Source: Capsulimonadaceae bacterium
Lineage (GTDB): Bacteria; Armatimonadota; Armatimonadia; Armatimonadales; Capsulimonadaceae
Length of the DNA: 64,000 bases
Assembly (NCBI GenBank): GCA_036504535.1
Contig: DASXUY010000022.1
Coordinates: forward strand, 5,650 to 69,649
Direction: 5' to 3'
Below are positions 19,456 through 28,371 of the stretch, piece after piece. The position numbers and the translations under genes are program-made. The notes beneath the pieces were generated by a model that was not told the origin of the DNA, did not search any database, and saw only the letters and a list, made by a program, of their open reading frames with translations. Numbering within the stretch: position 1 is the stretch's first letter; each line of letters begins with the position of its first letter.

Positions 19456-22400
19456 ATGGGCACAGCCACCTTACTACCCAACGTCTTATTGGCGAACGCT
19501 AACGGTTCCACGCCTCCCCCTGCTGACCCGGCGCGCGAGGAGCTTGTCGACTACATCAAGCTGCGCCTCGCCGTCGCCGGATGGGAGTTCGCCGACGACG
19601 ATTACCGCAAGCACACCACACTTCCACGGGAAGTCATCTCGCACCTCAAAGAGCGGATACGCCTGTCATATGGTAAGCGTAGCCCTATTGAGAAGCGCGC
19701 CCAGGCCTTCCTTGACCGCTATCTCGCCGACGTCCCTGACATCCCGCCAGTTCGCCTCCCCGGCCTTGGCCAGACGTACATTCTGGACCGCTCCGGAATG
19801 GCGGAAGAACTGTCCCTCCCCGCCGACGGTGACAACTTTATGTCTGACATCGTCAGCTCCTACCGGCTGACCAATGGCCAGGGCGTTCTCCACAACCCGA
19901 AGAGCGACCGCCGTACCACCGAGGGCGTTTTCCACGTAACCGAAGGCGGCGCACCGGTGCCGAACGACAAGAAGGCAGTGCCCAAAGCCGTCTTCGCGCG
20001 CATGCTCAATGCCGCGCTGACCCCGCCGCCATCCATTCTTGAACTGCCCTTCACGTCCAGTCAATTGCACCCGTTTCGCTCCCTCGTGACGTTGATGCTG
20101 CGACCGATGGTCGTGCCGCAGGTGGACGGCATCACGCCCCAGAAGTCGGCGGAGATCCAGTTTATCGCGCCCGGCAACCTTGTCAGTAACCTCGACTTCA
20201 TCGAGCGCATATTCGGCAACGCAGGCGACCCGCATCTGCCGGAAAACGACGCCGGCTTGGATGTCGAGCATTGGACCGGTCAGACGGGCATGGTCATCCT
20301 AGCGCCGCACCTCATTACGTTGACGAAGGAAGAACTTGGCCTTCCGCACATCGACAACGCCACCGAGAGGCAGAAGCGTGACGGCATGTGCTGGACCGAG
20401 ATTAACGAAATCTATAACGGCGGGAACGCGTTCAAGCTCACCTGTCGCAACGATGAAGGCGTGATCGTCACTATCATTGCCGACAACTACTTTGGCTACT
20501 GCAAGAAAGAAGTCAAAACCCAGATCTCCTACTGCGCCAACCTCCTCGGCGGCGTCGAGGAGGAGCATTCCGGCGGCGCGCTTGTCTTCCCGCGATACGA
20601 TCTCGGCAAGGAATTCACCGTCCCGACACACCTCCCAAAGACCGACCACACATTCGCAAAGGTCGTGGCGATGTTTGGCGACACCATGGATGTGATGCCC
20701 GAAGGTTATGCCGTAGACCGCTCTTACCCTGAGATCGTCTACGTCCCCGAGGATGTCCGCATCGACGTCACCACCCAGACCGTGTCGTGGACAACTGAAT
20801 GCGGTCCCAAATCGCTTCCGCTGGCTCCCGGAAAGCTTTACATTGTCCCGTCTGGCTTCAAAGTCAGTCTCGAATACGAAGCTGAGTCGGCTCAGTGGCG
20901 CCTAATCGGTACACGCGCCGAGGGCACATTCTGCCATAAGCCCAGTACCGTGTCCGGCGGCGGCAAGTCGGAGATCAGCAAACCGATCACCGACGCCATC
21001 ACCCACGCGCCGTTCTTCGTCGCCAACTTCGAAAGCGACATGGACCATGTGCAGCGCCTGCTCGATCACGACTACAGCCACCGGTTCCGCCACGGTCGCA
21101 CCGAAGTGAGCCGCCCCATCCTCAGCCCGCAGCGCTCACTCGGTTCCGTCATCAAGCTGCTGACACCATCCGAGACGCTGTACACCGACGAGTACAACAA
21201 GTGGCTGTTGTCCATCCCGCACTCCATCCGCGAGCTTGTGTTTGCTGTCAAGCGCTATTACCGGCCCGAGATGGGCGATGATTGGCGCTCCGATTTCAGT
21301 GTCAATGTGGTCAATGGCCGCCCCAGCAACACGCTCAAATTCGCCCACGAGCCCCTGATCGCCCGCTACATGCGCGTCGGCTTCGCGCTCGACGGTAGCT
21401 GGCGCATGTTCTCGCTGCGTAACGATTACGCCCCCGCCGAGAAGCTGCAGCGAGAGGACGATATCACTGTCTCAATGGTGATCCCAAACACCAAATTGCC
21501 CGGCCTTAACCCGCGCTATGTTGGCCCGGTGTCATCGAAGCTAGTGTCGCCGCGCAACCCGGAAAGCCGCCTGTTCCAGCGCCCCGACGATGCCGTGCAC
21601 CGCGGCTACGACAAGGCAACCGAAGCGCATTTTGCACGCAAGTCCAACTTCTTCTCCAACTACGAGCCGCTCACCGAAATCGATGCCGCCGCTATTCTAG
21701 CGAAGCCCATCGAGTTTGCCCAGTTCACTGAGCCGATGCGTGACGTTATCCGCAACGCCGCCGCGAACCGCGGCTACTTCGTCTCGTCCGCGCACCCTCG
21801 CATCGTCGACGGCAAGCCGACCAAGAACCCGCGTTACCTCCAGATCCCGTCGGAACTCGACGATAGCCGCCCCGATTATATCGCTCAGATAGGCGCGCGA
21901 CTGCACCGCAACATCCCCGAGAGCGGCGCCCTGCATCGGCCGGTGAATGCTGTTCTACCGGGCCGTCGCCTCAACCCGCCCGACGCCAAAGCTGGAATTC
22001 GATCGTTGGCCTGCTACAACCCGATCCACTACCAGGAGACGCCTGAACTCTTCATGGAGCTAATCAGCAGCCTCACTGGAAAGTCGCCCAGCACCACCGG
22101 AGCGGGGTCCGAGGGTGCGCTCACCAAGGGCCCATTCAACGCCCTCCTGCCCATCATCGACCTCAACGCCGCGTTCGTGTCGCACGTCCTCACCGGCACG
22201 CGCTGCTTCGTCACCGCCGCAGGATACGTCGGCCCCAAGTTCCGTGTGGATCACGACATCAGCCTTCTGATACCCGAGATCTGGTCGCGAATGGACGTTG
22301 AGCAGCGCTCGCCAGCATATCTCATCGAGAACCAGTTCCTCGAAAAGATCGAAGATTTCGAAGCCGACGGCCGCGTCGTACTTGCAAGCCGCCTGGGATA

Positions 22401-22938
22401 CCGCATAACGAACCATTTCGTCCGGACATTCTTCGGCATCGTCTTCGACAATCCGAACGACCTCTTCACCGACGAGATGCTGCGTCCGGAACTGCAGGAC
22501 CCTGAGTCTTTCAACGATGCCATCGACAACATCGTCGGCACCCAGAAGAGCATCGCCGAGCACTACTTCGCTGACGGTGGCATCGAGCTCGCATGCCCGC
22601 CGCTGCGCGTCCTCCTGCATATCATGCGCGACGGCCACTACGAAGGCAAGAGCATCCACGATCCCGAGATCCGCAAGATGTTCTCCGCCAGCGCCGTGCT
22701 CGAAAGCGGCTGGTACCGCGCCCGTCTCGAAGCTCAAAGCGCGGGCGATGTGCGCCTCTGGTCCCGACACGTCGAATATCTCGACGCTGCCCTCGACAAC
22801 GCAAACAAGGCCAGCTGGGAACTCAAGAGCCGCGCCAAAGCTGGCCTCCGCACCGCCAAAGCCATGCTAGAAACGGTCAAGGCAGAAGGCTACACCGAAT
22901 CGCTCATCGGATACATCGGCGCGACCCCGTCGAGTTAG
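19456..22938 (+). CDS. Large (1160 aa) conserved hypothetical protein.
   Basis: Long uninterrupted ORF with coding-like composition. No signal peptide, transmembrane segment or recognisable domain. The only motif is a P-loop-like STVSGGGKSE. Confidence 0.6.
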   Translation: MGTATLLPNVLLANANGSTPPPADPAREELVDYIKLRLAVAGWEFADDDYRKHTTLPREVISHLKERIRLSYGKRSPIEKRAQAFLDRYLADVPDIPPVRLPGLGQTYILDRSGMAEELSLPADGDNFMSDIVSSYRLTNGQGVLHNPKSDRRTTEGVFHVTEGGAPVPNDKKAVPKAVFARMLNAALTPPPSILELPFTSSQLHPFRSLVTLMLRPMVVPQVDGITPQKSAEIQFIAPGNLVSNLDFIERIFGNAGDPHLPENDAGLDVEHWTGQTGMVILAPHLITLTKEELGLPHIDNATERQKRDGMCWTEINEIYNGGNAFKLTCRNDEGVIVTIIADNYFGYCKKEVKTQISYCANLLGGVEEEHSGGALVFPRYDLGKEFTVPTHLPKTDHTFAKVVAMFGDTMDVMPEGYAVDRSYPEIVYVPEDVRIDVTTQTVSWTTECGPKSLPLAPGKLYIVPSGFKVSLEYEAESAQWRLIGTRAEGTFCHKPSTVSGGGKSEISKPITDAITHAPFFVANFESDMDHVQRLLDHDYSHRFRHGRTEVSRPILSPQRSLGSVIKLLTPSETLYTDEYNKWLLSIPHSIRELVFAVKRYYRPEMGDDWRSDFSVNVVNGRPSNTLKFAHEPLIARYMRVGFALDGSWRMFSLRNDYAPAEKLQREDDITVSMVIPNTKLPGLNPRYVGPVSSKLVSPRNPESRLFQRPDDAVHRGYDKATEAHFARKSNFFSNYEPLTEIDAAAILAKPIEFAQFTEPMRDVIRNAAANRGYFVSSAHPRIVDGKPTKNPRYLQIPSELDDSRPDYIAQIGARLHRNIPESGALHRPVNAVLPGRRLNPPDAKAGIRSLACYNPIHYQETPELFMELISSLTGKSPSTTGAGSEGALTKGPFNALLPIIDLNAAFVSHVLTGTRCFVTAAGYVGPKFRVDHDISLLIPEIWSRMDVEQRSPAYLIENQFLEKIEDFEADGRVVLASRLGYRITNHFVRTFFGIVFDNPNDLFTDEMLRPELQDPESFNDAIDNIVGTQKSIAEHYFADGGIELACPPLRVLLHIMRDGHYEGKSIHDPEIRKMFSASAVLESGWYRARLEAQSAGDVRLWSRHVEYLDAALDNANKASWELKSRAKAGLRTAKAMLETVKAEGYTESLIGYIGATPSS

Positions 22939-23459
22939 CACTTCAGCGGGTCAAGCCGCCCACAAAGGATAGCAGCGATGGTTCCAGCCGCAACTCTGGA
23001 CTCTTTCTCATCCGGGTGCGCTTCACGAAAGTGGCAAGCGGCCAATGATCGGGCAGTTTGATAGCGATCACCATGCCCGTGGCGCACCCGTAGCCCCGGA
23101 GGGGTGCTCTTCGTCAGACCGGGAGTTCTAGTCCCGGTGAATGCTTCTCATCCCCAGGGAGGAAGGGGCCCACGAAGTGGGAAGGTAGGTCGAGCGACGC
23201 GAGTCTGGTGGCAGTCGCTGCCAGCCGTGGTGCCTTCTTCCTCTGCGGCGACACAATATTGGGCCATCATAACGCTGGCTCAAAACAACCAACCATAAAT
23301 ATTCGGCTAGAATCCGGTCGGTAGGATGTATACTCTTCAAGGAATTGTTATTTGCACCACAATGCATAATAGTGACCGGTTGTGGAGGCACTTTCGCCGG
23401 TATCGTTTCAGTTCTGATCCGCATGGTAAGCAACGGCATCCCAGTGGAGATATTCTTTC

Positions 23460-24200
23460 ATGACCTTCCTTTCGCGCGCACAACGCCTCGCACTAGCGAC
23501 AGTCGTCACGCTCGTCCTATTCGCAATCGCTGGCCATTCGACGGCATCGGCGCAGACATACAACGTTTCAGTTGCCCTCGCTGGACCGCCAGTTTCGACA
23601 GAGGTCTTTGCCTTCTATCTTGTTCATAACGACGCTTTGAATTCGCCGAGCGCAGTCAGCATGTCGAACTTCGCCTATGGTGGCGGTGTGGGCGGCGTAG
23701 CTCCATTCATCGCTCTGCACACGACTGGCAACTTGACATCCGGTGTAAACTTCGCCGTCGATAATGCCAATCCACTTTCTGCATATGAGCCTGGTGGGAG
23801 CGTTACGGCCCCTGGATTTATCTCTTTCCAGATAGATGCATCGCAATTGAGCACGCCCAACGCCGGAAGTACTTCCGACGAATTCGGCCTCATACTTCTT
23901 GACCTCCCTACGAACCAGACGATCATAACGACTGCGCCTCCCGAGCTAATCAATGGCACTGGTCCATACACCCCCGTGTTCACATTCAGGCGGGACTCTT
24001 CCGGCGCCGTTCAAACGGGCTCATATACCTATGAGAGCGGCGGTCAGACTTGGAGTACGACCATTACGCCCGCAATTGCAGCTGCCCCAGAACTCGCTAC
24101 ATCGGTAAGCTTCGGGTTCCTGATCACCTTATTCGGTATGACAATCATTGCGGCCAAACGAAAAGGCGACACTAACTCTGCCTGTAACGATATCGCCTGA
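23460..24200 (+). CDS. Secreted protein with a PEP-CTERM-like C-terminal anchor.
   Basis: Signal peptide MTFLSRAQRLALATVVTLVLFAIAGHSTASAQ. C-terminus APEL-ATSVSFGFLITLFGMTIIAA-KRKGD (a PEx motif, a ~20-residue hydrophobic stretch, then a basic cluster) plus 9 extra residues. Confidence 0.55.
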   Translation: MTFLSRAQRLALATVVTLVLFAIAGHSTASAQTYNVSVALAGPPVSTEVFAFYLVHNDALNSPSAVSMSNFAYGGGVGGVAPFIALHTTGNLTSGVNFAVDNANPLSAYEPGGSVTAPGFISFQIDASQLSTPNAGSTSDEFGLILLDLPTNQTIITTAPPELINGTGPYTPVFTFRRDSSGAVQTGSYTYESGGQTWSTTITPAIAAAPELATSVSFGFLITLFGMTIIAAKRKGDTNSACNDIA

Positions 24201-24327
24201 CTCGTGCCGAACGGAATCGGATACAAACCAGGCGCTTTCGTGTATCGCGATTTGCGAACCATTCGTATATGATAGGCTGTCGCGGCATTATGCTGCGGCA
24301 GCCTATTTTCTTGGCGGAGGGTGACGA

Positions 24328-25797
24328 ATGGCAACCGGTACAATGGTTAGAGAATTGTTGGTGACGGCGCAGTCTGGCAAGAAGCCACTGATCGTTCAGC
24401 GGATGAACGAGTGGCACTACCTCGAACGGTCCCTGCACCGCCTCGTCGCCGCGTGGGCGCGACGGTTTCCCGACTGGGAGGACAAACGCGCCGTCTGCCG
24501 TCACGTGTGGGAGCAGGCGGAATGCGTCCGCCGCCTCCGCGAGCGCCTCGTCGAATTCCCCGGCACCAGCACCAACCTCGATGCGCCCGTATCGGCCCGC
24601 CTGGAGCACCTTACGAACACAGTGCTGCTCGCGCCCACCCATCAGGATGCCGTCGACGGCGTCTACCAGATCCTCACCGGTGCGCTGGTCCACGCTTACC
24701 TGCGCTATGTCGAGCACGCGCACCCGGTCCACGATGCGCCAACCGTTGCCATGCTGCAAGAAATCGTCCGCATCAAGGAGCAGCAGCGCCTCTGGCTGCG
24801 CGACTATCGCAGGCGGTACCCGCACACCGTCAACGCTGCCTACCGCGGCGCCATCGAAGCCGCCATCGCGGACTGCGCCGACTTCCGTGAATCGCTTCCC
24901 GTCGACCCTGCCGATCCCGCGCAGCCCGTCGGTGTCCGCACAGGTTTCCGGCTGCCCGCCGCCGCCGCAAGCCCGTTCGGCGGCTTCGTCGGCGCGGCAG
25001 AGATCGAGGACGCCAGCCCCATCGGTGACGCGCCCAAAGCCGTAACACCCGCGCAGCGCCTCGACTTCATGCCATGCATCGAGCGCGACTTCGTAACCAG
25101 CATCGAAGCGCGCCGTCTGTTCTGGATGTACGGCTACATGCTCGAACAAGGCCTGGCAGACGATCAGATGACGTGGATCTGGGCGTCGCATTCGCTGCCG
25201 TGGGAGTTCCAGCAGGACGTTTCCCGTCACCTGTGGGACGAATCCCGCCACGGCGACTCCGGCTACTCGCGCTTCCTCGACTTTGGCTTCGTCCCCGAGC
25301 GCATTGGCTTTGCTAACGACACTGAGCCTTACAAAGCCAACTACGTCGCTGGGGAAGTGCCTACCATGCCGACCCTGACCCCGCGCGAGCTGTACGACCG
25401 CGTCTTCTTCATCGGCATGTGCGCCGAAACCGGTCACTTCGCCGTCAAGCACGAAGCCTACGCCGACTTCAAGGACGGCGGCGACCTCGAATCGGCCGAG
25501 ATGGTTCTGTTCGACATCATCGACGAAACCAGCCACGTCCAGTACGCTCACCACTGGCTTCCAATGCTCGCCGAACGCGCCGACGTCGACCCCGCCGAGT
25601 TCCGCGACAAAGGCCGCACCGAACGTGACCGCTACCAGCAAGTCGCCGACACCCGCCTCGCCGCCCTCCAAGCCACACCTCTAGACACGAGCGCCCCCCA
25701 ATACGTCTACTACCAGCGCCTGCTCCAGATCCTACGCGACAAACAACCCCTCACCAACGCCAACACCTGCCCCCCAAGATCGTTCAAGCCGATGTAG
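24328..25797 (+). CDS. Ferritin-like di-iron carboxylate superfamily protein of unknown function.
   Basis: Two E...ExxH motifs about 100 aa apart (LEQG...WDESRHGD and CAETGH...DETSHVQYAHHW), typical of four-helix-bundle di-iron proteins. A ~230-aa N-terminal domain precedes them. Confidence 0.5.
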   Translation: MATGTMVRELLVTAQSGKKPLIVQRMNEWHYLERSLHRLVAAWARRFPDWEDKRAVCRHVWEQAECVRRLRERLVEFPGTSTNLDAPVSARLEHLTNTVLLAPTHQDAVDGVYQILTGALVHAYLRYVEHAHPVHDAPTVAMLQEIVRIKEQQRLWLRDYRRRYPHTVNAAYRGAIEAAIADCADFRESLPVDPADPAQPVGVRTGFRLPAAAASPFGGFVGAAEIEDASPIGDAPKAVTPAQRLDFMPCIERDFVTSIEARRLFWMYGYMLEQGLADDQMTWIWASHSLPWEFQQDVSRHLWDESRHGDSGYSRFLDFGFVPERIGFANDTEPYKANYVAGEVPTMPTLTPRELYDRVFFIGMCAETGHFAVKHEAYADFKDGGDLESAEMVLFDIIDETSHVQYAHHWLPMLAERADVDPAEFRDKGRTERDRYQQVADTRLAALQATPLDTSAPQYVYYQRLLQILRDKQPLTNANTCPPRSFKPM

Positions 25798-25824
25798 GGG
25801 CAGAGCTTGTCTCTGCCCTCCGGA
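25797..25824. repeat. Hairpin repeat GGGGCAGAGcttgtCTCTGCCC directly at the stop codon of 24328-25797, with a second copy at 26114-26143.
   Basis: The two copies share a 30-bp near-identical sequence, tgtaggggcagagcttgtctc(t/c)gccctccg. A 9-bp GC stem with a 5-nt loop; possibly a terminator or REP. Confidence 0.5.
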
Positions 25825-26030
25825 TTGCACCGACGCGCCACGTTACGGTCCGAATCCCTCGCCCGCCTCGGGAGAGGGTGGGGTGAGGGCAATTCGTGAA
25901 CGCTGCGTCGCCGTGAAATCCTGCCGCGTCTGAACGCCTAGTCCGCAGGCGGACGCAAGCGGCCTGACGCAGAGCACCCCAGCGCGGCTTAATCTCTGCA
26001 CCGACACGCTGGGTTAAGGTCCGAATGCAT

Positions 26031-26257
26031 CTCTGACTCCCCCTCGTCCTTATCTTAGGAGAGGGGGCGGGGGGTGAGGTATTTGCCCAAATTGGGGTGG
26101 CGCGCCGGGCATTTGTAGGGGCAGAGCTTGTCTCCGCCCTCCGACAGCAACGGCAAGCAAGCGGGACATATAGCCACTGTCCGGCCGCTTCTGACTCCCC
26201 TTCTCCTTATCCTAGGAGAAGGGGTCGGGGCTTGAGCTAGTCTTCTGGCCAGTTGAG
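26031..26257. repeat. Family of hairpin repeats (CCCCTTCTCC-ttatccta-GGAGAAGGGG type); two copies here and a third at 50108-50157.
   Basis: 26031-26078 tctgactccccctcgtccttatcttaggagagggggcgggg. 26189-26257 tctgactccccttctccttatcctaggagaaggggtcggggcttgagctagtcttctggccag. 50108-50157 gtccttatcttagggggctgggcttgagcctgtccgctggccag. Confidence 0.55.
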
Positions 26258-26265
26258 GTATTCCC

Positions 26266-27273
26266 CTACTCGAACTCGACCGACTCCGACTTCCCGCTCT
26301 TCGACGACTTCTCAGCCGCCTCGATAATCGCGATAATCCGCCGCGACTGCTCACCAGTCACCTTCAGCGGCGCGCCTTCGGTGAGGTGGGCGTTCAGGTC
26401 CTTATAGTACGTGTTCCACGCCGTCGGCTTGTTCTTCACCTCGCCCGTCAGCGCCATACCGTCCACCTGACGCACCAGCTTGAAGCCGTCCTTCACCGAT
26501 CCGTCTTCGACAATGCCGCCCTTGGTGCCGAGAATGCGCCACTTGGGCTGCCCGATACTGCAGATGGTCGATTGGGTAAGTTCCGCCGCAGCGCCGTTGT
26601 CGAAGCGGACAATGATCTGGCCGTGGTCCTCAATCGTGGCTTCGCTCCAGACGCTCTTCTGCAGGAACCCGGTCACCTGGGTCACCTTATGCGGTGCCAT
26701 GATGTTGAGGATCCAGTCGAGGAAGTGTGCGCCCCAGTCGTACATCAGGCCGCCGCTGATCTCCTTGCTCGAACGCCACCACGTTCCCGGCTTGCTGTAT
26801 CCGCCGCCGCCCGCTTGGATCTGGAAGACATCGCCGATAAAGCCCTTGTCGATGGTCTCCTTAATCGCCAAATAGTCGCCGTCCTCGCGCCGGTTGTGGA
26901 AGATGGACAACACCTTGCCCGCCGCCTTGGCGGCATCGATCATCGCCGTACATTCCGCCACCGTAATCGCCATCGGCTTTTCGACGACCACATGCTTGCC
27001 GGCTTTCGATGCCTTCACCGCAAGGTCCGCGTGCGAGTTGTGCGGCGTGATCACCGTGATCAAGTCGACGTCCTTATCGGCAAGCAGCGCCTCGACCGAC
27101 GAGTACGTCTTGATACCCGGGAAATCGGTGCCCGCGCTCTCGGTGCGAGTAGGGTCGATATCGCAGGCTGCTGCGGCGACCATACCGGCGTCCTGCATAT
27201 AACTAAGGTGGGCTTTGCCCATGTTAAAAGCGCCGCCGTAACCGATGACGGCGCCGCGAATTGGCTGTGACAT
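26266..27273 (-). CDS. Gfo/Idh/MocA-family NAD(P)-dependent oxidoreductase.
   Basis: MSQPIRGAVIGYGGAFNMGKAH...ITPHNSHADLAVKASKAGKHVVVEKP, a Rossmann fold followed by EKP. ATG at 27271-27273 with an AAGGAG ribosome-binding site 8 nt upstream. Confidence 0.85.
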   Translation of the reverse strand: MSQPIRGAVIGYGGAFNMGKAHLSYMQDAGMVAAAACDIDPTRTESAGTDFPGIKTYSSVEALLADKDVDLITVITPHNSHADLAVKASKAGKHVVVEKPMAITVAECTAMIDAAKAAGKVLSIFHNRREDGDYLAIKETIDKGFIGDVFQIQAGGGGYSKPGTWWRSSKEISGGLMYDWGAHFLDWILNIMAPHKVTQVTGFLQKSVWSEATIEDHGQIIVRFDNGAAAELTQSTICSIGQPKWRILGTKGGIVEDGSVKDGFKLVRQVDGMALTGEVKNKPTAWNTYYKDLNAHLTEGAPLKVTGEQSRRIIAIIEAAEKSSKSGKSESVEFE

Positions 27274-27537
27274 ACGAGAATCTCCTTGGATGTGTACTGA
27301 AAAATGTGAAGCTTGCCAACGAGTTCGCCACATCTAACGAATGGACCTGCTAATCGCGAGACATTTTCGCGGTACCTGGCTGGCTATTTCTACGGGGGGA
27401 AAGGTGACGTCAAACTTATGTTGCGGTCCGCAACAAAGTTGTCCCAGTGCCCTGGGCATTCTTATGCCGGGTACTTTCAAGCACTTCGCAGCCGTATGTT
27501 TCAACATACGGAAGGGCTTAGGCCCTCGCCCCCACAC

Positions 27538-28371
27538 CTACACCAGGTGGTGGACCATGTTCTGCGTGAAGTGGGTCATCACCGCAAGAACGAGGCAAAC
27601 GATCAGGATATAGTTGGCCCGAATGCCGCGCTCCATCGCCGTAGCGTGGACATACAGGTAGACACCCAGCGACAGCCACGTAAGCACCGAAAGCGCCGTG
27701 TGCATGTCGGCGATGGGGAGTTGTCGAGACACCGCCGTGATGATGCCAGCCGCGAGGCCGATTGTCAGAAGTGGGAACGCGAGCGAGACAAGACTGAACG
27801 ACAGCCCATCAAGTGTCGAAAGAGGCGGCAGCCTTGAAAACAGGCCGCCAACCACCTTCTTTTGCTTCAACAGCCTGTGTTCGAACAAGTAGATAAGCGC
27901 GCAGCCGACAGCGAGGAAAAGCAGGGCGAACGAAAACAGGAACGCCATCACGTGCAGGCTGATCACAGCGCTGTCCATGCCCATCGACGCTTCCGGTCGA
28001 TGCGGCAGGCTGGCGTGGATCACCGATCCCGTGAACACCGACAAAAAGCTGAGCCCGAATGCCAGAGAGCCAAGGGCGAGCGGAGGCCGTTCACGCATAA
28101 AAGCTTCGACGACCAGGTACGCCAGCGCTAGCGACCACCCTGTCGCAGCGATCAGGTCCACAGGCGTCGCGAACGGCGTGTGGTGGTTCTGCACGCAACT
28201 GATCCCAATCGCCGACGTGTGCAAGAACACGCCAACCAGTCCGCACACACGCGCCGTCGTCTGCCATGCGGCGCGATTCGCTGACGGTGCCTCGATCACC
28301 AGCTTGCCGTAAAATACCGCCGCAAGCAGGTAGCCGATCGCAGCCATGATGGTTTCCAAACCGCCGTTCAT
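27538..28371 (-). CDS. HemX-like, CcsA-family integral membrane protein (cytochrome c assembly family) downstream of hemA.
   Basis: Polytopic membrane protein of 277 aa. Its start overlaps the hemA stop by 4 nt (ATGA). The arrangement is the same as in Bacillus hemA-hemX. Confidence 0.6.
   Translation of the reverse strand: MNGGLETIMAAIGYLLAAVFYGKLVIEAPSANRAAWQTTARVCGLVGVFLHTSAIGISCVQNHHTPFATPVDLIAATGWSLALAYLVVEAFMRERPPLALGSLAFGLSFLSVFTGSVIHASLPHRPEASMGMDSAVISLHVMAFLFSFALLFLAVGCALIYLFEHRLLKQKKVVGGLFSRLPPLSTLDGLSFSLVSLAFPLLTIGLAAGIITAVSRQLPIADMHTALSVLTWLSLGVYLYVHATAMERGIRANYILIVCLVLAVMTHFTQNMVHHLV

Noticed and set aside
24172-25671. A 499-aa minus-strand ORF opposite the ferritin-like gene.
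   Set aside because: Shadow ORF: Gly/Ala/Val/Asp-rich translation, no motifs, fully overlapping a better-supported gene.
25847-25860. ggtccgaatcc, resembling a tRNA T-loop (GGTTCGAATCC), near the hairpin repeats.
   Set aside because: No acceptor stem, D-arm or CCA context can be folded around it. A second copy has a different downstream sequence, so it is part of the repeat family and not a tRNA.
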